64,000 nucleotides of DNA from an uncultured Sphingomonadaceae bacterium. Lineage in GTDB: Bacteria > Pseudomonadota > Alphaproteobacteria > Sphingomonadales > Sphingomonadaceae. The notes under the pieces are model-generated. The model ran no database searches, had not been told where the DNA came from, and worked only from the letters and a program-made list of their open reading frames with translations. Location of the stretch: the NCBI GenBank assembly GCA_964246315.1, contig CAXTPT010000011.1, positions 1,228 to 65,227 on the forward strand, written 5' to 3'. A program made the position numbers and the translations under genes. Below, piece after piece: positions 32,653-42,231 of this stretch; position 1 is the stretch's first letter; the number at the start of each line of letters is the position of its first letter.

Positions 32653-32739
32653 CCGTCTTTGCCCGGCCTGTCGAAGCCTGCCCTGCTTCGAACCGGAGCT
32701 AAGAAAACGGCGGCGCTTCGACAAGCTCAAGGCAAACGG
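32653..32739. repeat. REP-like doublet (CCTGTCGAAG/CTTCGACAAGCTC class)
   Basis: CCGTCTTTGCCCGGCCTGTCGAAGC ... GCTTCGACAAGCTCAAGGCAAACGG imperfect inverted arms. Confidence 0.65.
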
Positions 32740-32749
32740 AATTTACCGG

Positions 32750-32832
32750 AAAAACAATGGGCCGCCCCGAAGGACGGCCCAGTTTCGACCTTTCGGTCAT
32801 CTAGGGAGGAAGCGCACGAAAGCTCGTTCGCT
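32750..32832 (-). ncRNA. Candidate trans-acting sRNA (SuhB/alpha-r8-like architecture)
   Basis: Three hairpins (incl. GAAA and UUCG loops), single-stranded UUCCUCCCUAGA, U-rich tail; -10 TAGACG exactly 6 nt upstream of +1. Confidence 0.7.
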
Positions 32833-32856
32833 GAAAACCGTCTACGCGCGATAGGG

Positions 32857-32871
32857 TTAACGCGAGGTTAG
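32857..32871. promoter_or_regulatory. CtrA-binding site
   Basis: TTAA-CGCGAGG-TTAG (TTAA-N7-TTAA, 1 mismatch; CTAA-N7-TTAAC on minus) at the -35 position of the sRNA promoter. Confidence 0.6.
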
Positions 32872-33780
32872 CGGGGTGAGATCTTCGGACGAGAATTCGA
32901 ACGCGTGACTGCAAAATGCGCAGTCTACGCTGACGATGCCGCGTTCATCGGCCATCTCCGCGCGCTCGTCCTCGGGAAAGCGGGACAGCACGCCGCGAAC
33001 ATAATCGCGGTCGCAACGGCAGCCGCGCGCGAGCCGGATGCCAGGCAAGGTGCGGACTTCCTCTTCCTCGTGGAACAGCCGCCAGACGATCGTCTCGAGC
33101 GAAAGATCCCGGTCGAGCAGTTCGCCGGCGCGAATCGAGCCGCCCATGATGGCGATATGTTCCCATTCGGGATGGTCGAGCCGCGTATGCAGGCGCTCGC
33201 GCCCCTCCTCGCCTTCGGGCAGATGTTGGACCAGCAGCCCGCCCGCGACGAGGCCAGTGCCGTCATCAGCGGTCGCGATGCGAATCAGGCTGGGGATCTG
33301 CTCGGACTGGGCGAAATAGCTTTCGGCGGCCGCGCCGAGCGAATCACCCTCCAGCGGAACGATCCCCTGATAGCGCTCGCCTGACGTCGCCTGATCGAAG
33401 GTGATGGCAAGATAGCCCTTGCCGAACAACGCTTCGAGCCCGGGATTTTCGCCGAGCTCGTCAAGGCGCTGGGCGTCGAATTTGACATAGCCACGCAGCT
33501 TGCCGTCCTGAAAGTCACAGACCAGCAGGCTGACAACGCCCGCCTCGGTTTGCGCCTGCAGGGTCATCTGACCGGCGGAATCCTTGAGCGTGCTGCCGAG
33601 CAACGCCGTCAGCGCGAGGGCCTCGGCCAGGAGGCGCTCGATCACCGGCGGATAGGCATGGGCAGCGGCAATCGCATCGACCGTCGCGGCCAGGCGGACG
33701 ACGCGGCCGCGCGCATGGCGCGACGGAATCATGAAGCCGAGACCCTCGTCGACGGCCGATCCAAAGTTCAATGCTGTCAT
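32857..33780 (-). CDS. hslO: Hsp33 chaperone
   Basis: YQGIV.L, YFAQSEQIPS, C-terminal CRC and CAFC zinc motif. Confidence 0.93.
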   Translation of the reverse strand: MTALNFGSAVDEGLGFMIPSRHARGRVVRLAATVDAIAAAHAYPPVIERLLAEALALTALLGSTLKDSAGQMTLQAQTEAGVVSLLVCDFQDGKLRGYVKFDAQRLDELGENPGLEALFGKGYLAITFDQATSGERYQGIVPLEGDSLGAAAESYFAQSEQIPSLIRIATADDGTGLVAGGLLVQHLPEGEEGRERLHTRLDHPEWEHIAIMGGSIRAGELLDRDLSLETIVWRLFHEEEEVRTLPGIRLARGCRCDRDYVRGVLSRFPEDERAEMADERGIVSVDCAFCSHAFEFSSEDLTPLTSR

Positions 33781-33814
33781 AGCAGCGCGAAGATGGGATT
33801 TCGGCCGCGCAATC

Positions 33815-34753
33815 TCAACCGATCAGGCCGAAGCACCACAGCAGGATCGATTTCTGCGCGTGCAGCCGGTTCTCCGCTTCGTCCCAAACCGCCGATTGCG
33901 GGCCGTCGATGACATCGGCGGTCATTTCCTCGCCGCGGTGGGCGGGGAGGCAATGCATGAAGGTGGCGCCGGGCTTGGCCTTGCTCAGCAGGCCCTTGTC
34001 GATCTGGAACGGCGCCAGCGCGGCGACGCGGGCCGCGGCATCGGCCTGGCCCATCGACACCCAGCAATCGGTGACCACGACGTCGGCGTCACCGGCGGCG
34101 CGCGCGGGATCGCGTTCGATGGTGATGCGGGCGTTGCTGTCGGCGAGGCGCTGATTGGCTTGCGTCACGAACGCCGGATCGGGGTCATAGCCTTCAGGGC
34201 AGGCCACCGAGACCGAGAAGCGCATCAGCCCCGCCGCCTCGATTAGCGAATTGACGACGTTGTTGCCATCGCCCGACCAGGCCCATTTGCTGCCCGGCAG
34301 CGCGATGCCGCGGTCGAGCGCGGTGAGCAGGTCGGCCATGATCTGGCAGGGATGCGAGCGGTCGCTGAGCCCGTTGATCACGGGCACGCTAGCATGATGC
34401 GCCATCTCCTCCAGCTTGGCCGGATCGTCGGTACGCAGCATGATCGCGTCGACATAGCGGCTGAGCACGCGCGCGGTGTCCGCGACCGTCTCGCCGCGGC
34501 CGAGCTGGGTCGAGCCGGCATCGAGGATCAGCGACGAGCCGCCCAGCTGCCGGATCGCCGCGTCGAAACTGGCGCGGGTGCGCGTCGAATTCTTTTCGAA
34601 CACCATCGCCAGCGTGTGCCCGGCGAGCGGCGCGTCGGCATCGGCCTTGCCTTTGGGCCAGCCCTGGCGCGCCGTCTTGCGGTCGAGCGCGTCGGCGAGG
34701 ATCGCCGCGACGCCATCGCCACCCGCGTCGGACAGGTCGAGGAAGTGTCTCAT
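33815..34753 (-). CDS. argF: Ornithine carbamoyltransferase
   Basis: [42 protein letters not shown]. Confidence 0.96.
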   Translation of the reverse strand: MRHFLDLSDAGGDGVAAILADALDRKTARQGWPKGKADADAPLAGHTLAMVFEKNSTRTRASFDAAIRQLGGSSLILDAGSTQLGRGETVADTARVLSRYVDAIMLRTDDPAKLEEMAHHASVPVINGLSDRSHPCQIMADLLTALDRGIALPGSKWAWSGDGNNVVNSLIEAAGLMRFSVSVACPEGYDPDPAFVTQANQRLADSNARITIERDPARAAGDADVVVTDCWVSMGQADAAARVAALAPFQIDKGLLSKAKPGATFMHCLPAHRGEEMTADVIDGPQSAVWDEAENRLHAQKSILLWCFGLIG

Positions 34754-34757
34754 TCAG

Positions 34758-34881
34758 TTCCTCCCCGGAACGGGGAGAGGGACCAAGAAGTGGTGGAGAG
34801 GGCTCTCCGCATTTGGTGCGTTGCGCGCGGAAGACCCCCTGCGTCACGCTTCGCGTGCCACCTCCCCGTGCCGGGGAGGAA
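34758..34881. repeat. CIR/RIME-like intergenic miniature repeat (copy 2)
   Basis: Perfect 11-bp terminal IR TTCCTCCCCGG/CCGGGGAGGAA; fills the argD-argF gap. Confidence 0.8.
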
Positions 34882-34883
34882 TG

Positions 34884-36074
34884 TCATCGCGCCACCTCAA
34901 AACTCGCCGCCCCCGCGCTCAGCCGTTCGAGGCATTCGCCGATGTGCCGCTCCTCAATGATGAGCGGAGGCAGGACGCGGAACACGTTCTCCCCCGCCGC
35001 AACCGTCAGCAGCCCGTGATGGTCGCGCAAATGCGCCACGAAATCGCGCGACACCGCCGGTTCCTTCAGCTTGATGCCGAGCATCAGCCCTTTGCCGCGG
35101 ATTTCCTCGAACAAATGATCGTGGTTCGGGATCAGCTGTTCAAAGGCCTGCCGCAGCCGCTGCCCCATCCGTTCGACATGCAGCAGGAAATCGGGTTCGA
35201 GCATCACGTCGAGGACCGCCTGCCCCGCCGCCATCGCCAGCGGGTTGCCGCCATAGGTCGAGCCGTGCGTGCCGATGACCATGCCCTTGGCCGCTTCCTC
35301 GGTGGCGAGGCAGGCGCCAAGCGGGAAGCCGCCGCCTATGCCCTTGGCGACGGTCATGATGTCCGGCGTGATCCCGTAATGCTCATACGCCCACATCTTG
35401 CCGGTGCGGCCATAGCCGCACTGTATTTCGTCGAGGATCAGCAGCAGGCCACGCTCATCGCACGCCTGGCGCAGGCCGGTGATGAACTCGGGCGTGCCGG
35501 CAGTCATGCCGCCTTCGCCCTGCACCGTTTCGACAAGAAACCCCGCGGTTTCATCGTCGATCAGCGCCAGCGCGCCTTCAAGGTCGTTGAACCGCGCGTA
35601 ATCGAACCCGGGCAATAGCGGCTCGAACCCATCGCGCATCTTTACCTGGTCGGTCGCCGAAATCGCACCGAGCGAACGCCCGTGAAACGCGTTCTTGAAG
35701 GTGATCAGCTTGTAGCGTTCGGCATTGCCGTTGACGTCGTGATAGCGGCGCGCGGTCTTGATCGCGCATTCAATCGCCTCGACGCCCGAATTGGTGAAGA
35801 ACACCGTGTCGGCAAAGCTATTGTCGACGATCCGCTGCGCCAGCGCCTCCCCCTGCGGCGAGCCGTAGAGGTTGGAGACGTGCATCAGCGTCGCCGCCTG
35901 GTCGGCGATCGCCCTGGTCAGATGTGGGTGGCCGTGGCCGAGCGCGTTGACGGCGATCCCCGCAGCGAAATCAAGGTAGCGCTCGCCGCGCTCGCCATAA
36001 AGGTACACGCCCTCGCCTCGCACCGGCCGCACCCCGCACCGGGGATAGACGGGCATCAGCGGCGTGATCGTCAT
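34884..36074 (-). CDS. argD: Acetylornithine aminotransferase
   Basis: DFAAGIAVNALGH, FFTNSG.EA, FHGR, DEIQCG.GRTG, AKG.GGGFP, HGSTYGGNP; upstream of argF. Confidence 0.93.
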   Translation of the reverse strand: MTITPLMPVYPRCGVRPVRGEGVYLYGERGERYLDFAAGIAVNALGHGHPHLTRAIADQAATLMHVSNLYGSPQGEALAQRIVDNSFADTVFFTNSGVEAIECAIKTARRYHDVNGNAERYKLITFKNAFHGRSLGAISATDQVKMRDGFEPLLPGFDYARFNDLEGALALIDDETAGFLVETVQGEGGMTAGTPEFITGLRQACDERGLLLILDEIQCGYGRTGKMWAYEHYGITPDIMTVAKGIGGGFPLGACLATEEAAKGMVIGTHGSTYGGNPLAMAAGQAVLDVMLEPDFLLHVERMGQRLRQAFEQLIPNHDHLFEEIRGKGLMLGIKLKEPAVSRDFVAHLRDHHGLLTVAAGENVFRVLPPLIIEERHIGECLERLSAGAASFEVAR

Positions 36075-36094
36075 GGCAAAGCTCCCAAAGCAAA

Positions 36095-36119
36095 GAGGCG
36101 ACCCGTTGCGGGCCGCCTC
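36095..36119 (-). terminator. Intrinsic terminator
   Basis: Minus: GAGGCGGCCCG-CAA-CGGGTCGCCTC then TTTGCTTT. Confidence 0.7.
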
Positions 36120-36159
36120 GATGCGCCTTCCTTAATGGACCGGCGGGCGTCAGGTCAAT

Positions 36160-36600
36160 TTAACGACGGTAGGGATTATTGTCGTATCGGTCGTAGCGGT
36201 TGGGCACACCGTCGCGGTCGCGGTCATTATAGCTGTAACGGCGATCGCCATCACGGGCTTCATAGCGGACGCGCTGCTCGAGCCGCGCCAAGCGGTTCCA
36301 CAGGTCGCGCTGCTCGCCACGGTCATAGCCACGGCGGTCATCGTCCCAGCGGTAGCGCTGCGCCCGCCCGGCAACCCAGCCAAGCTCTCGACGCAGCGAG
36401 CGCGTTTCTGCATTGGTCAGGGCACCGCGCTGCGACAGCCGGTCGATCTGGAACGACACCGCGCGGATGCGCTGCTGAATGCCATTGCCCTGCCGCTGAT
36501 GAACGCCCTGCCCCTGATTGCCGCCCCAATATTGGGCAGTGGCCGGAGCTGCGGCGGCAATACTCGCCAACGCGATGATCGGAACAATAAACTTACGCAT
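36160..36600 (-). CDS. Hypothetical secreted Arg/Asp/Tyr-rich protein
   Basis: GGAGG SD, signal peptide ending ATA, DRDRDGVPNRYD motif. Confidence 0.75.
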   Translation of the reverse strand: MRKFIVPIIALASIAAAAPATAQYWGGNQGQGVHQRQGNGIQQRIRAVSFQIDRLSQRGALTNAETRSLRRELGWVAGRAQRYRWDDDRRGYDRGEQRDLWNRLARLEQRVRYEARDGDRRYSYNDRDRDGVPNRYDRYDNNPYRR

Positions 36601-36680
36601 CGTCACCTCCATCTGGTTCGATGCCTGGATTATAGGTGATCCGACTTGCGTGCAGGCTGAACGCGCCTGTTATCGCGCGT

Positions 36681-37511
36681 TCAGTTCTTCAGCTTCCACC
36701 CGCTTTCGAGCAGCGCGTAACAGAGCGCCGCGAGCGCGATATCGATGCCGAGAATCACCAGGCCGCCGATCATTACCGGCGAGTCCGCCACGCCGATAAA
36801 GCCAAAGCGGAAGCCTGCGATGACATAGTGAAACGGATTCAGCCGGCTGAACATCTGGAACGCCGGGTGCAGGCGGTCGATGGCGTAGAACGTCCCGGAG
36901 AGCAGCGAGGCGGGCGCGATGACGAAATTGCTGATCGTGGCCGCATGATCGAATTTCTCGGCCCAGATCGAGGTCAGTACGCCCATCAGCGCGAGCATCA
37001 CCGAGCCGAGCAGCCCGAACCACAAAACCGCGCCGAGATGCGCGATGGTTACGTGGACGCCGGGCCAGAACAGCATTGCGAGATAGATTGCCGCTCCGAC
37101 GAAGATCGCGCGGGTGACGGCGCCGCCGACCATGGCCCCCAGCAACTCGCCGCTGGACAGCGGCGGCATCAGGTAATCGACGATCGTCCCCTGGATCTTG
37201 CCCACGAGCAGCGAAAAGCTCGAATTGGCAAATGCGTTCTGCATCATCCCCATGACGATCAGGCCGGGGGCGATGAAATCGGCAAACGCGACCTGCTGCC
37301 CGCCGACCGAAACCGGCGTGCGCCCGCCGGTCGCCACGGTGAAGATGACCAGGAACAGCAGCGTGGTGACCGCGGGTGCCCAGACGGTCTGGAGCTGAAC
37401 CTTGAAAAAGCGGCGCACTTCCTTCACATAAAGCGTCTTCAACCCGCCCCAATTGATGTTGCGGATGATCGGCTCGCCCGGCTCATGCCGGATCGCGGTG
37501 CTGTCATTCAT
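36681..37511 (-). CDS. ABC-2 type transporter permease (YadH-like)
   Basis: KEVRRF..V..QTV.AP, FIAPGL..M, P...LSG.FY, NPF.Y.I.GFR. Confidence 0.9.
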   Translation of the reverse strand: MNDSTAIRHEPGEPIIRNINWGGLKTLYVKEVRRFFKVQLQTVWAPAVTTLLFLVIFTVATGGRTPVSVGGQQVAFADFIAPGLIVMGMMQNAFANSSFSLLVGKIQGTIVDYLMPPLSSGELLGAMVGGAVTRAIFVGAAIYLAMLFWPGVHVTIAHLGAVLWFGLLGSVMLALMGVLTSIWAEKFDHAATISNFVIAPASLLSGTFYAIDRLHPAFQMFSRLNPFHYVIAGFRFGFIGVADSPVMIGGLVILGIDIALAALCYALLESGWKLKN

Positions 37512-37554
37512 GCCCGTGCGTTAGGAGCGGCGACACGACCGAGCAAGGATTACG

Positions 37555-38238
37555 ATGGCCTGGACCGACGAGCGGATCGATAAGCTCAAGACCATGTGGG
37601 AAAGCGGCAAGACCGCGAGCGTCATCGCCGAGGAACTTGGCGGGGTCAGCCGCAATGCGGTGATCGGCAAGGCGCACCGTCTGGGCCTGCAATCGCGCCC
37701 GTCGCCGGTGACCGCGAAGGACGAAGCTCCCGGCAAGCCGGCATCCGCGCCCAAGGCCGTGGTGGCCGAACCTGCCACACCGCCTGCCACGACCAAGACT
37801 ACGCCGGCGGCTCCCGCTGCAGCCCCCACCCCGGTGGTTGAGCGCATGGCGCCGCCGCCGCCCAACCCCTTTCCGCCGCACGTACCGAGCGGCCCGACCG
37901 GCGCGCAATTACGTTCGATCGGCCCGGGCGGCTTCCTGCGCCAGGGTCCGGGGGACCAAGCCCCGCCATCGCAACCCGCACCGCCGCGCCGCCTCGTTCC
38001 CGCACGTCCTTCACCCGAGATCGCCGGCAAGACGACCCTGCTGGAACTGAGCGACAAGGTCTGCAAATGGCCGATGGGACATCCGGGCGAGCCCGACTTT
38101 CACTTCTGCGGCGACACGGTGAACCCGGGATTTCCCTATTGCGTACAGCATTGCGGCCAGGCTTATCAGGCGCAAATGCCACGCCGCGACCGCCGCATGC
38201 CCCCGCCACTGCCGTTCGGCGGGCCGCGGGTCCGATAA
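37555..38238 (+). CDS. gcrA: GcrA cell-cycle regulator
   Basis: MAWTDERI..LK.MW..G.TAS.IA..LGGVSRNAVIGKAHRLGL, CKWPMG.PG, FCG, PYC..H. Confidence 0.95.
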   Translation: MAWTDERIDKLKTMWESGKTASVIAEELGGVSRNAVIGKAHRLGLQSRPSPVTAKDEAPGKPASAPKAVVAEPATPPATTKTTPAAPAAAPTPVVERMAPPPPNPFPPHVPSGPTGAQLRSIGPGGFLRQGPGDQAPPSQPAPPRRLVPARPSPEIAGKTTLLELSDKVCKWPMGHPGEPDFHFCGDTVNPGFPYCVQHCGQAYQAQMPRRDRRMPPPLPFGGPRVR

Positions 38239-38261
38239 AGAACCGCGGCCTTGCAAATAAA

Positions 38262-38293
38262 AAAGGGGAGGCTGCTCGCGCGGCCTCCCCTTT
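38262..38293. terminator. Bidirectional intrinsic terminator
   Basis: AAAGGGGAGGC..GCCTCCCCTTT between convergent genes, A-tract before and T-tract after. Confidence 0.8.
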
Positions 38294-38307
38294 CGTATAT
38301 CGGCTGT

Positions 38308-39132
38308 TTAGAAGCGGAACGCCGCCGTGACGCGCATCGTGTTCCAACGGAAGTTGGAGTCACTGCGGGCGATGGTCGTTCCACCGCCACCGAGAATGAA
38401 CGGGTTTGTCGCTGGTGCGGTACCGGCACCAACGGCTACACGCGACTTGTCATCACGCAAGCTCGTGTAAAGGTATTCGAGGCCGATCGAGAATGCGCCG
38501 ATACGCTGCTCGACACCGCCGCCGGCGCTGTAACCCCAGGCATCGTGATCGCCATTGGTCGTAAACGAGTTGGCGGTGTTCGAGGTCACGAAACGATTGC
38601 GCAGCTTGCCGTAGGCCACGCCCCCGGTACCGTAGAACAGGGTCGTGCCCTGTGGCGTGAAACCGATGCGGCCACGCGCGCCCGCATCATATCTCAGGCT
38701 TCGGGTCAGCGTATAGCTCGCCGGGGTGGTGCTGAAGCTTGATGTTGAGTCGTTGATGCGGGTCTTGCCGAAATCACCGACGAAACCGAAGACCAGGTGT
38801 TCGCCGACCATGCTGTCGCCGCCGATGCGCACCTTGTACTCGATGCCATCCTTGTCGTTCCGGCAACTGTTGTTCGCGCTGCTGGTTGCCGACCCGTTAC
38901 AGGAGCCAGGCGAAAAAGCATTGGCGCCCGCTGCGGTCGGCAGCGATGTACCGAAATTCCTGCCGTTGCGGCTGAACAATAGCGTCGATCCCTGGTCATT
39001 GGGCTGAACGGCGCCGCCGAAAGAGCCGCCAACGTAAAAGCCATCATAGCCAGCAGGCACATCGCCATCCTGGGCAAGAGCCGGCGAAGCAATGGCAAGC
39101 GCTGCCGCGCCAGCAAATAGCAAATTCCTCAT
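38308..39132 (-). CDS. Outer membrane beta-barrel protein (Omp25/RopB-like)
   Basis: Signal peptide, GFYVGGSFG, YGTGG.AYG, G...GGG.E, LEYLYT, C-terminal Phe. Confidence 0.88.
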   Translation of the reverse strand: MRNLLFAGAAALAIASPALAQDGDVPAGYDGFYVGGSFGGAVQPNDQGSTLLFSRNGRNFGTSLPTAAGANAFSPGSCNGSATSSANNSCRNDKDGIEYKVRIGGDSMVGEHLVFGFVGDFGKTRINDSTSSFSTTPASYTLTRSLRYDAGARGRIGFTPQGTTLFYGTGGVAYGKLRNRFVTSNTANSFTTNGDHDAWGYSAGGGVEQRIGAFSIGLEYLYTSLRDDKSRVAVGAGTAPATNPFILGGGGTTIARSDSNFRWNTMRVTAAFRF

Positions 39133-39270
39133 TATAGTCCTCCGTGTTTGGTCGGTCTGAGAAACGAAATGCCGACTGCTTCGGATGCATAGCCGCGAAA
39201 TAACGGCATCAGCTGTGGCATTTATATCACGCGCTTGCCGAGCGGACCCGTGCCTTCCAAAAGGGCGGGC

Positions 39271-41253
39271 ATGAGCGACTTATTTGACGCCGCGCCGGGG
39301 GCTGCGAGCGGTGGTGATTATGATGCCTCCTCAATTGAGGTGCTCGAGGGGCTCGAACCCGTCCGGCGGCGGCCGGGCATGTATATCGGCGGCACCGACG
39401 AGCGCGCGCTGCACCATCTTGCCGCCGAAGTGCTCGACAATGCAATGGACGAAGCGGTGGCGGGCCATGCGACGCGGATCGAAGTGTCGCTGGAGGCGGG
39501 CAACCGCCTGACGGTAATCGACAATGGCCGCGGCATCCCGGTCGATCCGCATCCCAAATTTCCCGGCAAATCGGCACTGGAGGTGATCCTGTCGACGCTC
39601 CATTCGGGCGGCAAGTTCGACGGCAAGGCCTATGCCACGAGCGGAGGGCTGCACGGCGTTGGCGTTAGCGTGGTCAATGCACTGTCGTCCAAGACCATCG
39701 TCGAAGTGGCGCGCAACAAGGAGGTGTCTCGCCAGCGTTTCTCGCGCGGCGTGACGCTGGGGCCGCTCGAAAAATTGGGGCCGACGCAGAACCGGCGAGG
39801 CACCAGCGTCGCGTTCACGCCCGACGAGGAGATTTTCGGCGAGCTGAGTTTCAAGCCCGCGCGGCTGTACCGTCTGGCCCGGTCGAAAGCCTACCTCTTC
39901 GCCGGCGTCGAAATCCGCTGGAAGTGCGATCCGGCGTTGATCGCTGACGACACCCCGGCCGAGGCAATCTTCCAGTTTCCCGGCGGCCTTGCCGATCATC
40001 TCCGCGAGCAGGTCGGCGCGCGCGAGTGCGCGACCGCCGAATTCTTCACGGGGCGGCAGGATTTTCCCGGCGAGCAGCAAGGCCGCGTCGAATGGGCGGT
40101 GGCCTGGCCGCTATGGAGCGACGGCAGCTTCAGCTGGTATTGCAACACCATCCCGACGCCCGATGGCGGCACGCACGAGGCGGGGCTGCGCGCCGCTTTG
40201 GTCAAAGGCTTGCGCGCCTTCGGCCAATTGGTCGGCGCGAAGAAATCGAACGATTTACAGCCCGAGGACGTCATGGCGCCCGCCGAGCTGATGCTCAGCG
40301 TGTTCATCCGCGATCCGCAATTCCAGTCGCAGACCAAGGACCGCCTCACCTCGCCCGAGGCGGCGCGGCTGGTCGAGAACGCGGTGCGCGACCATTTCGA
40401 CCATTTTCTCACCGACAATATGGACCGCGGTCGCGCGCTGCTGGCCTATGCCACCGACCGGATGGACGAGCGCCTCGCCCGTCGCGCCGAGCGCGAGGTC
40501 AAGCGCAAGACCGCGACTAGCGCGCGCAAGCTGCGCCTGCCCGGCAAGCTGACCGATTGCTCGGCGGACGACCCCAAGGGCACCGAATTGTTCATCGTCG
40601 AAGGCGATTCCGCAGGCGGTAGCGCCAAGCAGGCGCGCGACCGCAAGACGCAGGCGATCCTGCCGATCCGCGGCAAGATCCTCAACGTCGCCAGCGCAAC
40701 TTCTGAAAAAATCCGGGCGAACAGCGAGATCGCCGACCTGATCCTGGCGCTCGGCTGCGGCGTGCGCGACAAATGTGATGCCGATGCGCTGCGCTACGAA
40801 CGCGTCATTATCATGACCGACGCGGACGTCGATGGCGCTCATATCGCGACGCTGCTGATGACCCTGTTCTTCCAGGAGATGCCCGAGATCGTCCGGCGCG
40901 GGCACGTCTATCTCGCCCAGCCGCCGCTCTACCGCATCACCGCCGGTGCTAAGTCGCTTTACGCGCGCGACGATGCGCAGCTGGAGGAGATCAAGGCTGG
41001 CGCATTCAAAGGCCGCAACGTCGAAGTGTCGCGCTTCAAGGGACTGGGCGAAATGAACCCGTCACAGCTGCGCGAAACGACGATGGACCCGAAGACCCGC
41101 ACGATGATCCGCGTCACGCTGCCCCAGGAATATGAAGACCGCGCCGTCGTCCGCGACCTGGTCGAGCGCCTGATGGGCAAGCACCCCGAGCACCGCTTCA
41201 ACTTCATTCAGGAAAATGCGGCGCGGGTGGACGAGGAGGCGATTGACGCTTGA
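39271..41253 (+). CDS. parE: DNA topoisomerase IV subunit B
   Basis: EGLEPVRRRPGMYIG, SGGLHGVG.SVVNALS, EGDSAGGS, RGKILNV, DADVDG.HI, RFKGLGEM; 660 aa, lacks the GyrB insert. Confidence 0.93.
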   Translation: MSDLFDAAPGAASGGDYDASSIEVLEGLEPVRRRPGMYIGGTDERALHHLAAEVLDNAMDEAVAGHATRIEVSLEAGNRLTVIDNGRGIPVDPHPKFPGKSALEVILSTLHSGGKFDGKAYATSGGLHGVGVSVVNALSSKTIVEVARNKEVSRQRFSRGVTLGPLEKLGPTQNRRGTSVAFTPDEEIFGELSFKPARLYRLARSKAYLFAGVEIRWKCDPALIADDTPAEAIFQFPGGLADHLREQVGARECATAEFFTGRQDFPGEQQGRVEWAVAWPLWSDGSFSWYCNTIPTPDGGTHEAGLRAALVKGLRAFGQLVGAKKSNDLQPEDVMAPAELMLSVFIRDPQFQSQTKDRLTSPEAARLVENAVRDHFDHFLTDNMDRGRALLAYATDRMDERLARRAEREVKRKTATSARKLRLPGKLTDCSADDPKGTELFIVEGDSAGGSAKQARDRKTQAILPIRGKILNVASATSEKIRANSEIADLILALGCGVRDKCDADALRYERVIIMTDADVDGAHIATLLMTLFFQEMPEIVRRGHVYLAQPPLYRITAGAKSLYARDDAQLEEIKAGAFKGRNVEVSRFKGLGEMNPSQLRETTMDPKTRTMIRVTLPQEYEDRAVVRDLVERLMGKHPEHRFNFIQENAARVDEEAIDA

Positions 41254-41350
41254 TGGTACGCCGATTGCCGAGCAATCGCCAAGACGGCGAATACCGGACG
41301 GCCTAGCGCAGCACAGATTTGACGAAGCGGGGTTAAACCCCGCCCCGGCA

Positions 41351-42094
41351 TCAGTCCGAGAGAGCCGCAACCAACGCTCTGACCTTTTTCTGCCGCCACT
41401 GCGGTAGCGGGGCAACGAGCCAGTAGCCGCGCGGGTCTTCGACGGTGGCGCCGGCATCCGCGATCAAGGCTGGGACGAGCGCTTGGCCAAGGCCCGCCTG
41501 CGCCGCCTCTAACGCCAGTCCGGCATCGGCCACCGTGAGCGTCGCGCCGTCCATCTCCGGGCCGCCGCGCCAGGCAATTGGGGCCCCTTCACCGACGCTG
41601 GCGAAGCCGCGCGGACCGATGGGAACACCTTCGTGCGCGCCCGGCGAGCTGTCGAAGCAGATGGCGAGATCGAGATTGGCTTCGGTGAAGTCGAGGCCGT
41701 CTTCGCCGGCGATCAACTGCAGGCGCAGTTCGGGGTCGCTGCGGCGGTACTGGGCAAGCCTGGGCGTCAGCCAGCGCGCGGTGAGGTCGCGCGGCGCGGC
41801 GATGGTCAGCGACTGGCTCGATTGGCCGACCTGCATCGCGCGAACGGCTTCCTCGAAATTGAGGAAGCCCTTGCGCAGCTCGGCCAGCCCCGCCTCGCCT
41901 TCGGGGGTGAGTTCGAGGCCCTTGGGCGTGCGGCGAAACAGGACGAGGCCGAGCGTATCTTCGAGCGCGCGGATCTGTTGCCCAACCGCGGCGGGGGTCA
42001 CTGCCAGCTCGTCCGCGGCGCGGGTGAACGACAGATGCCGCGCGGCGGCGTCGAATACGCGCAGGCCGTTGAGGGGGAGATGGGTGCGCTTCAC
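41351..42094 (-). CDS. LysR family regulator (GcvA-like, short effector domain)
   Basis: LPLNGLRVFDAAARHLSFT.AA.EL.VT..AV..QIR.LE; 247 aa. Confidence 0.88.
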   Translation of the reverse strand: MKRTHLPLNGLRVFDAAARHLSFTRAADELAVTPAAVGQQIRALEDTLGLVLFRRTPKGLELTPEGEAGLAELRKGFLNFEEAVRAMQVGQSSQSLTIAAPRDLTARWLTPRLAQYRRSDPELRLQLIAGEDGLDFTEANLDLAICFDSSPGAHEGVPIGPRGFASVGEGAPIAWRGGPEMDGATLTVADAGLALEAAQAGLGQALVPALIADAGATVEDPRGYWLVAPLPQWRQKKVRALVAALSD

Positions 42095-42112
42095 TGCTGC
42101 CCCCTAAGCCGA

Positions 42113-42208
42113 TTTCGTCATTCCCGCGAAGGCGGGAATCCATCTGCGCTCCTGCCCGCACTTGGTGAAGACGAGAGATGAATTCCCGCCTTCGCGGGAA
42201 TGACGAAA
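42113..42208. repeat. CGTC-type REP doublet
   Basis: TTTCGTCATTCCCGCGAAGGCGGGAAT ... ATTCCCGCCTTCGCGGGAATGACGAAA. Confidence 0.88.
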
Positions 42209-42231
42209 CTTGGTTTTGGAAATGGACACGA

